NCBI GenBank assembly: GCA_964247055.1
Contig: OZ176052.1
Location: 2,170,001-2,234,000 of the forward strand
DNA from: Paragordius varius
Lineage: Eukaryota; Animalia; Nematomorpha
Reading direction: 5' to 3'
DNA length: 64,000 bases
Shown: piece by piece, positions 12,838 to 24,731 of the stretch
Numbering within the stretch: position 1 is the stretch's first letter
How the letters are laid out: every line of letters starts with the position of its first letter
Made by a program: the position numbers and the translations under genes
The notes under the pieces: model-generated
The model's database searches: none
Told to the model about the DNA's origin: nothing
The model's input: the letters and a program-made list of their open reading frames with translations, nothing else

Positions 12838-13372
12838 CTAGCGTAAATCTCGTGCTGCTACGCAGCCCGAGGAAGTCCTTCGGACTGGGGGGCTATTTGA
12901 AAAAAGGGACAATAAAATGATCCACATATGTGGATTATTTCGAAACATTATTTATTAGCTATGATCTCATAGGAATTTCAAAACGGTGCATTCATACTAA
13001 TATATTGTTTGCTTGGGCTAAAAATAGATTCAAAATTACTTTTGAATTTTTTTGAAAAAATGGCATTTTACGGGAGGAGCGGGTAAAAGCCTTAAATGAA
13101 AAAGCGAGCCGATTATGTTCGGCGCAATCGAAAATAAGTAAACAAAAATCATATTTGAAATTGAATGGTCCAACGCGTTTTCCAGAAAATCCTCTCAAAG
13201 ACACGGTTTTTGTGGACTTCTGTTTTTAAAAAAACCGTTTTTTACACGGGGTAGGCCCGAACTGGAAGCCTAAATTTAAAAAAAGGGCGAAGCGATTGTC
13301 GGGACATTCATTAATGATTATATTTTTTCGACATTTGGATTTGAATGGATCTACCGGTTTCCCGGAAATAGA
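12838..13372 (-). mobile_element. Non-autonomous Helitron, about 535 bp
   Basis: On the minus strand, a GC-rich hairpin (CTCGGGCTGC-GTA-GCAGCACGAG, 12849-12871) lies a few nt before a terminal CTAG followed by T. Candidate 5' end A|TCTATTTCC at 13372. The 3' end is well supported, the 5' end less so. Confidence 0.7.
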
Positions 13373-14257
13373 TCACCAAGCCACTACTTTCCATTTTTAT
13401 AATTATATAGATTATAATGGTATGTATGTTTTAAAAAATGCTAATTGTCAAAAACAATATTATTACCAAATATATGATAATAAAAATAGAGGGAAACAAT
13501 ATATCTGGTTTTTATTAGATGTTGCTGTGGAGATAAAATCATTCACACACGATCTTATGAAAGTTCTGTTCAATAGCTTTTTAGTAAATACTATTTGACA
13601 GCAGGTAAAACTATGTGATGAAAAAAAGATAGGTGAATGGATAGAAAATTATTCAAATGCCGACTTTGCTACAGTGTAAAATTCAAAAATAATTCAAGTA
13701 GTTTTGAGTCTACATAATCAATGGTATGTGACTTGACATAATTATTAATAAATAATTATTTTTTTATAATAGTAATAATATCTTAAAATAATAAATTATA
13801 TATATTTTTCAGATTTATGTATTTGTCCCAATAATTTATGGTTTTGCGAAATTTTATCTAAAAAGCTTCACAATTTTCTCTGTATTTTTGAATATTACAA
13901 TTGCTTTCAAGGTATCTATTATTATGAGTTGTGTTTTTTCCATAGTCCATATTTTGTTTATAGGAAAAGGCACAGAGAAGAAAATTAAAATGAAAAGGAT
14001 TAATAAAAAAATTATTATGTGTGTGTTTGTGTATATGTGCCAAAATTAAAATAGGTCTTTTGTTTATGCACAAAAGAATGAAAAGAAAACTGGCTAAAAA
14101 TTAAAGTTTAGGGAAGCAAAAAATTAAGGAACATACCTCCCACCCAAAACTTAAAAAAGTTGTTTTATTCCTAGAAAAAAAAGGTTATATCGAAACCAAA
14201 TTTAATGAATTTTAAAAATAATATGTTGCGGAAATATAAAAATTTTCTGTTTGATAA

Positions 14258-16249
14258 CACTGTGCAACAAATTTTATCCTTTTCTTTTAGACCAGAGTGA
14301 AAATTACGACATCTTATAGAGAATTTTTTTCTGAAAATAATGATATATTTAATATTTTCCTAGCACATTTTCACGAGCCGCTAAAAGGTTTCAAAAATCC
14401 AAAAACCATCAAAAATGCCTGTTTTTGTAACCCTATAACTTCTTGAATTATATAGCTTATTATATTTTTTTTGGGGGATATTACAAATTATATTTTAGAA
14501 TTCATGTAACATTTTAAAATTTTTAAAAGTCTCTACTACTTTTTGATTTATTTGGAAAAAACGAAACTTAGCTCCAAAAAAATAGCGTTTCAAAACAATG
14601 AAAAATTAAGAGACATACTGGCATCATTTGATTGACAGCTTTTCATTATACATTACTAAAATAATAAAATTTAATTGCTTTTTTATAAATATGAAAAATA
14701 GTATATATATTTAACACTTGGATACAACACACTCATTTTAGTCCTTCGATTCAAATTGGGGTAGTTGGATACCCCAGGCCTTTTTAAAAACAAATACTTT
14801 AAAAAGTATGGAAATATTCAAAACCATGGCAAAATTTTGCACTTATATAACATTTATAAACCGAAATATATAAAAAATTTTCAAAAATACTTGATATTAC
14901 TTATTTTAAGCTAAACCCAAAGGTAAAAATTTCGTCAACGTGACATGTGTCAAATTGTAAAATTAAAAAATAATACAAAATAAACCGCTTTTCTATTTCA
15001 ATCAATGTTAGATGTATATTATATAAAAAATTAGCTTTAGTTTTACCTTTAAAATCAAATGAAGACGATATTTTGCAAAAATTTTGTAAAATAAAAATGG
15101 CGTCGAAGTAGTTTGAGATGGAACTTTTTTTTCAAAACAAAATTTTATCAAGATATTTTGGCATATTTATATAATTTTTATCAAGATAGGAGCATAAATT
15201 TAAATTGGGACCGTTTCCTTCTGTATTTTTTAAAAATATTAATTTAAATTTAGTCTGAGGTATTTAGATACCCCAATTTGAATCGAAGTGTTAATGTTAT
15301 AATAATAAATTTAATAAAATGATAATATTTTTAAATTTATTAATGTTAATGGATAATAAACTCTGTGTTTGAATTAATATTATATGATTTTTAAAAATAT
15401 TTCAATTATGTTATTATATATTTTTGTTATTATTTTAAAGTACATTTATTTATAAACTACTAAGGTTTTAAAAAATTTAATACAGAAATGATTTCAAAAT
15501 TATAAATATATTAAAATATTTTTAATTAAGACACAATATACGAATATATTTATTATGAAAGAAAAAAACAAATAAATGCCTTTTTTGCTCTGTTAGTTCA
15601 ACATTTCAGTTTATATTTATTTGCATGTTTATATTTTTATTTGTTGAAAAAAACTTTCGTATATTAAAAAACAAAATATCATGATTTATATAATCACGTA
15701 CAATACATAATAAATAAATTTGCATGTTTAAAAGTATTTCTTATTTATAAATAATATATATCAAATTAATATTATATATTTATTATTTTATTAATTATAC
15801 TATAAATATACTAATTTATTCCTAAAATTAATATTTACATTTTTTAATTAAACATGTAATTTTTCCATTTTGTTATGTATAAAAAATGGTATGGTGCCTG
15901 CACGTCTTTTAATTTTTCATTGTTTTGAAACGCTATTTTTTTGGAGCTAAGTTTCGTTTTTTCTAAATAAATCAAAAAGTAGTAGAGACTTTTAAAAATT
16001 TAAAAATGTTACATGAATTCTAAAATATAATTTGTAATATCCTCCAAAAAATAAATAATAAGCTATAAAATTCAAAAAATTATAGGGTTACAAAAACAGG
16101 CATTTTTGATGGTTTTTGGATTTTTGAAACCTTTTAGCGGCTCGTGAAAATGTGCTAGGAAAATATTAAATATATCATTATTTTCAGAAAAAAATTCTCT
16201 ATAAGATGTAGTAATTTTCACTCTGGTCTAAAAATCGTGTTGCACAGTG
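14258..16249 (+). mobile_element. Element B copy 1: 1992-bp non-autonomous DNA element with about 350-bp TIRs and CACTGTG...CACAGTG termini (Transib-like?)
   Basis: 14258 to about 14607 is the reverse complement of about 15903-16249. The interior holds a piggyBac-like MITE and AT-rich DNA with no ORF. No direct 5-bp TSD. Confidence 0.8.
14715..15290 (+). mobile_element. piggyBac-like MITE (576 bp) nested in element B copy 1
   Basis: TTAA at both ends (14711-14714, 15291-15294) and CACTT...AAGTG termini. Internal inverted repeat CGATTCAAATTGGGG abuts one end but sits about 26 nt inside the other, the asymmetric layout typical of piggyBac. Confidence 0.85.
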
Positions 16250-16914
16250 TTATTGGTCTTCGTTGAGAATATTAAAAAGAAAATTACTGTTCACGTATTT
16301 TTATACAAAGTCTCTATTCTTTTTGGCTTAAATGAGGGGTGAATAAATAATTGTCAAAAATCCCAATATATTACGTTTTAAATGGAAGAACATGGAATTA
16401 AACATAATTGTTTCATTAGAAATTTGGATAAAATACAGTATGCATTTTAATGTCTGTTAAGTAATTTTATTGCCTGCCAAATAACATAAATGGTTTATCA
16501 AAAGCGTAAAATACTGACCCACGAAATTATTTCGTAGTACACATATGAAAGAAGATTGACGCGAGAATTATCATAGGCTTTAATTTGATGGATATTTTGT
16601 AATGTTAAATTTTGGGAATATTATAGCAATTTATGTTAACATTTGTAATATTGTTGTTACGTATTTAGATGCGGAATTTTGTGGGTTTTTATCTTTGATA
16701 AATTAATAAATAGTAAAATACGTATTTTAAGATATTTTATGTTAATTATTCCTAAATTTAATAATAAATATTTTTCAACATGCTAAATACCTGTATTAAT
16801 TAATCTTGGTATCATAATATTATATAATTGTTATTACTAATTAAAAAAACACAGGTAAATATATATTTGTGAAAATTTAAGTAGATTTTTGTCTTTTATG
16901 TTTTGCATTATTTT

Positions 16915-18370
16915 TATCAGGTAAAAATTGCGGTTTTTAATAAATTTCCTAAAAATTAAGTTTTTTTTGTTTTTTAGGTTTTGCATTGTTAATTGAAATT
17001 AATTACTACATATTTTGGACATTATAATAAATAGAGGTAAAAATTGCGGTTTTTAATAAATTTACTAAAAATTTAGTTTTTTAGGTTTTGCATTGTTAAT
17101 TGTAATTAACTACTACATATTTTAAATTTTGGTGGGAAAAAACGAGAAATAGAATTAGAAGAAGGGTGGGTAATAAAAGGTCAGGAAGAATGCAAATATT
17201 TAGGAGCAATATTAGCAGCTGATGGATCTTTAACACTTGATATTAATTTAAGAATTCGAAATAGTTGGGCAAATTACAAAAAGATCTCAAGTGTTTTGTG
17301 CGACAAAAATATTGACCTAAAAGTAAAGGGTAAGATTTACAGTGCTGTTGTACAACCAACAATGATGTACAACTCACAGACATGGGCAATAAAGAAATCA
17401 GAAGAGAGGCACTTTGAGGTTACTGAAATGAGAATGCTTAGATTGATGTGCGGTGTAACGAGGAATGACAAGGTGAAGAATGTCTACATAAGAGGAAGTA
17501 CGGAAATCAAATCGGTAACGCAAAAGATGATGGTAAATCGTTTAAGATGGTTTGGACATGTTGAAAGAAGAGATAAAAATTACATTGGTAAAAAGATTGA
17601 TGATTATATTGTAAAAGGCAAGAGGGGAAAAGGGCGCCCTAAAACGTGATGGATAGATACAGTTAAGAGGGACATGGCAAAACTGAACCTAAAACGCGAA
17701 GTCGCCTTAGACAGGGTTCTATGGCGAAATAGTTTACGGATATGACCGCTCGAAAGAGTGATATCATATAATGTAATTATTATTATTATTATTTTGGACA
17801 TTTTAATAATTACAGGTAAAAATTGCGGTTTTTAACAAATTTAGTAAAAATTTTGTTTTTTTAGGTTTTGCATTGTTAATTGTAATTAACTACTACATAT
17901 TTTGGACATTTTAATAATTACAGGTAAAAATTGCGGTTTTTAACAAATTCAGTAAAAATTTAGTTTTTTTTGTTTTTTTTAGGTTTTGCATTGTTAATTG
18001 TAACTAACTACTGCATATTTTGGACATTATAATAATTACAAAATTTAGTAAAAAGTTAATTTTTTTGTTTTAGAGGATTTTCATTGTTAATTGTAATTAA
18101 TTAATTTTGGACATTTCAATTAATAAAGGTAAAAAATGAGGTTGTTTTTATATTTAATAAAATTTAATATTTTCTTGTTTTTTTATTTAATATTGTTAAT
18201 TGTAATTAATTACTACATATTTGGAAATTTTAATAAATACAGGTGAAAATGGCGGTTTTTAACAAATTTCAAATGTAACATTTTTTGTATCTTGTATCAT
18301 TGTTATTTAATTAATTACCAAGTATTTTGGACATTTAAAAAACTTGTGTAAATTGCGGTTTTTATTAAAT
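16915..18370 (+). repeat. Tandem ~100-bp units inside the left foldback arm (mirrored at about 20000-20570)
   Basis: Unit approximately CAGGTAAAAATTGCGGTTTTTAACAAATTTAGTAAAAATTTAGTTTTTTAGGTTTTGCATTGTTAATTGTAATTAACTACTACATATTTTGGACATTTTAATAATTA, with progressively diverged copies. Confidence 0.8.
17124..17790 (+). mobile_element. 5'-truncated RTE-clade LINE copy
   Basis: Continuous frame CKYLGAIL...LCDKNIDLKVKGKIYSAVVQPTMMYNSQTW...EMRMLR...RLRWFGHVERRD...GKRGKGRPK, an RTE C-terminal signature. Ends in an (ATT)n tail and interrupts a tandem unit with a short TATTTT-like duplication. Confidence 0.9.
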
Positions 18371-21300
18371 TAGTAAATTTTATTTTTTGTTCAACCTTGC
18401 TAATTTATTTATCACTATATATTTGTGATACATTGATATATACAGGTAAAAATTATATGACTTGCGGTTTTTTGAATTTTTTAAAATATTTTTTTTACAT
18501 TGATAACTTATATAATAAATATAGTTAACATATCTGAGTAGGTTAAAATGCATGTTACGGTTTTATGTTTGACATTTTATTTTCCATCAACTATTTATAT
18601 TTTAACAAACAACTTATGTCACCAAAGATTGAAAATAAGATCAAGATATATAAAACATATTTTAAAGTATCTGAATATCGCCAAATATAAATAAATTTAT
18701 TTAAATTATAAATGTATAATTATACAAAATATTCATATTATGTTTGAAATTAACATTCTTCTTATTGATATTAATACAGGTAATTTGTTTATATAAATGA
18801 TGTACGATGCGGTGTGCGTTCATGATGATCATATGGATTCAAGAATAGTATAAGATGTAGATAATCCTGAAAATTTTAATCACCATCATTTTTTAGGTAG
18901 ATTCTATCACCTAAAATATAAGATAATTGATATATTAGAAAATTGATACCTGGATTAAATATTGGGGGAAACATTCATAGTTTGAAAGGGAACTCAAAAG
19001 GTTGACTTGGCTTTTTAACAACTAAATTTGCAAAAAAATATTTTCTTCATGATAAAAAATTCAAAAATGATACCTTATTTTACGTTTTCGTTTTACCATC
19101 CTAAACTATAAATATAAAAAATTATTCTTCACCAAAGCAAACAATGTTAGTGTTGCCTGCTTTTGGAGTGCTGTTGCATTCCAAGCTTTTGAAAAAAATT
19201 ATTTGTTTCTATTTTCTATTTGACGTCATTGGTATGGTGAAATCATATAAGCCTTTTCATATTTATAGTTTAGGATGGTAGAACGAAAAAAAACAAGTAT
19301 CATTTTTGAATTTTTTATCATGAAGAAAATATTTTTTTGCAAATTTAGTTGTTAAAAAGCCAAGTCAACCTTTTGAGTTCCCTTTCAAACTATGAATGTT
19401 TCCCCCAATATTTAATCCAGGTATCAATTTTCTAATATATCAATTATCTTATATTTTAGGTGATAGAATCTACCTAAAAAATGATGGTGATTAAAATTTT
19501 CAGGATTATCTACATCTTATACTATTCTTGAATCCATATGATCATCATGAACGCACACCGCATCGTACATCATTTATATAAACAAATTACCTGTATTAAT
19601 ATCAATAAGAAGAATGTTAATTTCAAACATAATATGAATATTTTGTATAATTATACATTTATAATTTAAATAAATTTATTTATATTTGGCGATATTCAGA
19701 TACTTTAAAATATGTTTTATATATCTTGATCTTATTTTCAATCTTTGGTGACATAAGTTGTTTGTTAAAATATAAATAGTTGATGGAAAATAAAATGTCA
19801 AACATAAAACCGTAACACGCATTTTAACCTACTCAGATATGTTAACTATATTTATTATATAAGTTATCAATGTAAAAAAAATATTTTAAAAAATTCAAAA
19901 AACCGCAAGTCATATAATTTTTACCTGTATATATCAATGTATCACAAATATATAGTGATAAATAAATTAGCAAGGTTGAACAAAAAATAAAATTTACTAA
20001 TTTAATAAAAACCGCAATTTACACAAGTTTTTTAAATGTCCAAAATATTTGGTAATTAATTAAATAACAATGATACAAGATACAAAAAATGTTACATTTG
20101 AAATTTGTTAAAAACCGCCATTTTCACCTGTATTTATTAAAATTTCCAAATATGTAGTAATTAATTACAATTAACAATATTAAATAAAAAAACAAGAAAA
20201 TATTAAATTTTATTAAATATAAAAACAACCTCATTTTTTACCTTTATTAATTGAAATGTCCAAAATTAATTAATTACAATTAACAATGAAAATCCTCTAA
20301 AACAAAAAAATTAACTTTTTACTAAATTTTGTAATTATTATAATGTCCAAAATATGCAGTAGTTAGTTACAATTAACAATGCAAAACCTAAAAAAAACAA
20401 AAAAAACTAAATTTTTACTGAATTTGTTGAAAACCGCAATTTTTACCTGTAATTATTAAAATGTCCAAAATATGTAGTAATTAATTACAACTAACAATGC
20501 AAAACCTAAAAAACAAAAAAAACTTAATTTTTAGGAAATTTATTAAAAACCGCAATTTTTACCTGATAAAAATAATGCAAAACATAAAAGACAAAAATCT
20601 ACTTAAATTTTCACAAATATATATTTACCTGTGTTTTTTTAATTAGTAATAACAACTATATAAAATTATAATACCAAGATTAATTAATACAGGTATTTAG
20701 CATGTTGAAAAATATTTATTATTAAATTTAGGAATAATTAACATAAAATATCTTAAAATACGTATTTTACTATTTATTAATTTATCAAAGATAAAAACCC
20801 ACAAAATTCCGCATCTAAATACGTAACAACAATAATTACAAATGCTAACATAAATTGCTATAATATTCCCAAAATTTAACATTACAAAATATCCATCAAA
20901 TTAAAGCCTATGTTAATTCTCACGTCAATCTTCTTTCATATGTGTACTACGAAATAATTTCGTGGGTCAGTATTTTACGCTTTTGATAAACCATTTATGT
21001 TATTTGGCAGGCAATAAAATTACTTAACAGACATTAAAATGCATACTGTAAATGCCAACTATATTGCAAATTAAAAATTTTATAACATCTATAAAATATC
21101 AGTTTTAATTTTCTTGAAAATTCTAAAGGATACACACTGTACTATTTTGATCTATATATATAAAATCATCTATTTTTTAGATAATTTACTTATACGCATT
21201 TTATGGATAATATAATATTTATCAAATATTTTAATAAATGAATTTTTTCCCCATAAATTCAAATAAATCCACCAATTTTTTGATAACGATATCACTGAAC

Positions 21301-21480
21301 TTAATACCTTAAATATCTAAGCGAACACATTGATATTCAAAAACTGTCAACATATATTATCTCTACTTACCAACTACGTACCACCAATAAAATATAAAAT
21401 AAAAATATTTATTAAAAGCATATGATTGCCAAATAAAAAAGTAGGAAATAAAAAATTGTCTTTATCTCTTTGTTAAATAA

Positions 21481-23472
21481 CACTGTGCAACACGATTTTT
21501 AGACCAGAGTGAAAATTACTACATCTTATAGAGAATTTTTTTCTGAAAATAATGATATATTTAATATTTTCCTAGCACATTTTCACGAGCCGCTAAAAGG
21601 TTTCAAAAATCCAAAAACCATCAAAAATGCCTGTTTTTGTAACCCTATAATTTTTTGAATTTTATAGCTTATTATTTATTTTTTGGAGGATATTACAAAT
21701 TATATTTTAGAATTCATGTAACATTTTTAAATTTTTAAAAGTCTCTACTACTTTTTGATTTATTTAGAAAAAACGAAACTTAGCTCCAAAAAAATAGCGT
21801 TTCAAAACAATGAAAAATTAAAAGACGTGCAGGCACCATACCATTTTTTATACATAACAAAATGGAAAAATTACATGTTTAATTAAAAAATGTAAATATT
21901 AATTTTAGGAATAAATTAGTATATTTATAGTATAATTAATAAAATAATAAATATATAATATTAATTTGATATATATTATTTATAAATAAGAAATACTTTT
22001 AAACATGCAAATTTATTTATTATGTATTGTACGTGATTATATAAATCATGATATTTTGTTTTTTAATATACGAAAGTTTTTTTCAACAAATAAAAATATA
22101 AACATGCAAATAAATATAAACTGAAATGTTGAACTAACAGAGCAAAAAAGGCATTTATTTGTTTTTTTCTTTCATAATAAATATATTCGTATATTGTGTC
22201 TTAATTAAAAATATTTTAATATATTTATAATTTTGAAATCATTTCTGTATTAAATTTTTTAAAACCTTAGTAGTTTATAAATAAATGTACTTTAAAATAA
22301 TAACAAAAATATATAATAACATAATTGAAATATTTTTAAAAATCATATAATATTAATTCAAACACAGAGTTTATTATCCATTAACATTAATAAATTTAAA
22401 AATATTATCATTTTATTAAATTTATTATTATAACATTAACACTTCGATTCAAATTGGGGTATCTAAATACCTCAGACTAAATTTAAATTAATATTTTTAA
22501 AAAATACAGAAGGAAACGGTCCCAATTTAAATTTATGCTCCTATCTTGATAAAAATTATATAAATATGCCAAAATATCTTGATAAAATTTTGTTTTGAAA
22601 AAAAAGTTCCATCTCAAACTACTTCGACGCCATTTTTATTTTACAAAATTTTTGCAAAATATCGTCTTCATTTGATTTTAAAGGTAAAACTAAAGCTAAT
22701 TTTTTATATAATATACATCTAACATTGATTGAAATAGAAAAGCGGTTTATTTTGTATTATTTTTTAATTTTACAATTTGACACATGTCACGTTGACGAAA
22801 TTTTTACCTTTGGGTTTAGCTTAAAATAAGTAATATCAAGTATTTTTGAAAATTTTTTATATATTTCGGTTTATAAATGTTATATAAGTGCAAAATTTTG
22901 CCATGGTTTTGAATATTTCCATACTTTTTAAAGTATTTGTTTTTAAAAAGGCCTGGGGTATCCAACTACCCCAATTTGAATCGAAGGACTAAAATGAGTG
23001 TGTTGTATCCAAGTGTTAAATATATATACTATTTTTCATATTTATAAAAAAGCAATTAAATTTTATTATTTTAGTAATGTATAATGAAAAGCTGTCAATC
23101 AAATGATGCCAGTATGTCTCTTAATTTTTCATTGTTTTGAAACGCTATTTTTTTGGAGCTAAGTTTCGTTTTTTCCAAATAAATCAAAAAGTAGTAGAGA
23201 CTTTTAAAAATTTTAAAATGTTACATGAATTCTAAAATATAATTTGTAATATCCCCCAAAAAAAATATAATAAGCTATATAATTCAAGAAGTTATAGGGT
23301 TACAAAAACAGGCATTTTTGATGGTTTTTGGATTTTTGAAACCTTTTAGCGGCTCGTGAAAATGTGCTAGGAAAATATTAAATATATCATTATTTTCAGA
23401 AAAAAATTCTCTATAAGATGTCGTAATTTTCACTCTGGTCTAAAAGAAAAGGATAAAATTTGTTGCACAGTG
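21481..23472 (-). mobile_element. Element B copy 2, inverted near-identical copy of 14258-16249
   Basis: Same 1992-bp length, same nested MITE and same asymmetric ends, in reverse orientation. Confidence 0.85.
22440..23015 (-). mobile_element. piggyBac-like MITE nested in element B copy 2
   Basis: TTAA at 22436-39 and 23016-19; reverse complement of 14715-15290. Confidence 0.85.
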
Positions 23473-24108
23473 TAATCAAACAGCTATTTACATTAAAATG
23501 GTGTAAAAATCACATTTTTACAATGGTAGATTGTGTGACAGATATCATTATATACAAGACTAGAAATATATTGATAAAAAAGGTCATTGTCTTAAATATT
23601 AATTTAGTCAAGTCGATATAAATATGCATTTTATATAAATAAGGATGCAATTAGTATTTTTCCATCCTTTCTTTAGAAATCAAGTTTTTTTCCGCGGATC
23701 AATCACAATATGAAGCGTTAGGCCATCCATTGTATTTATCGCAGTATAACTATACATAAAATAATATATATATAAAAGAAAATTATTGAATTAGATTAAA
23801 ATAGGGCATTTTTATATAAAGTTTCATAAGTATACCAGGATGCTAAAAGGGTAGTTATTTAACATAAAAGAAATAATTATAAGTTTTATTTATACTTTTA
23901 ACTAAATTGAAAATACAATAGTTGTTAATTATAAATTATTTTAAAATTCTACCAAATATATCGGAAATGTAACAGTTAACGCTTATTAATAGAGCCAAAT
24001 CTCTTTTTATCAATTGTTTACAGATTTTTCCTTACTACGTTTAATTACAATGCCAAGTAATAAATGCTGATGTATTTCCAAAAAAGGGTTAACTTTATAA
24101 AGAAATAT

Positions 24109-24691
24109 CTAAACATTCGACAAATTACTAGGAGCTTTTATAACCATAATTGTTAATTCATTACAGGCGAATATTCCCAAGTTCCTGTAAAAAAGATTTA
24201 TTTTAATTAAAAAAAATATTTTTTTACCTAGTTCCCCGGGGTACAATAAGAGTATCATTCACATTAAGAGTATAATTTGGACCTGCGCCATCTTTTTTAT
24301 TATCTCCTCCAGAAGAGGTATTATTATTATTATTATTATTATTGGCGGTGGTTGTATTAACATTAAGGGAAAGAACACATGAACCTTTGTATTGCCAAAC
24401 AAATATATCTGCTGCATTATTGCGTCCAATGTGTTCACCACTCCCATAAACTAAAACCTTATATTTTAAGGCAAACAAAATTATTAATTAAAACTATAAA
24501 TATTTATATTATTTGTTTTAAATTATGATATAATAAATAGTTAATATTTTTATCTTAGCTCTAGTTTACATTTCATGGTATAATATAATTTAGTTTGATT
24601 ATTAGCACAAATTATAGCTGTAATTTACAACGGTACTTTTAACAAAACTACTATAATCACCCTTTATTTTTGGTTAATACGAGTCTAATTT

Positions 24692-24731
<40 letters not shown>

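Larger units (their letters stand above)
16436..21048. mobile_element. Foldback-type palindromic element, 4613 bp, with Tc1/pogo-like TA|CAGTA...TACTG|TA ends
   Basis: Left arm 16436 to about 19120 and right arm about 19254-21048 are reverse complements around a spacer of about 130 bp. TA TSD at 16434-35 and 21049-50. Arms contain tandem units of about 100 bp. Confidence 0.85.

Noticed and set aside
19121-19253. Palindrome spacer as a pogo transposase remnant (KAWNA-like peptide on the minus strand)
   Set aside because: Too short and too weak a resemblance to support without a profile search.
20697-20882. Short AT-rich ORFs here and elsewhere in the track (e.g. 4565, 11755, 13296, 32231, 32960, 63453)
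   Set aside because: They fall in repeats, introns or intergenic DNA, show the I/F/K/N/L bias of AT-rich noncoding sequence, and have no recognisable motifs.
16436-21048. Palindrome as a sequencing or assembly foldback artefact
   Set aside because: Arms differ by SNPs, tandem-unit number and a LINE insertion, and the element has a TA TSD with transposon-like termini.
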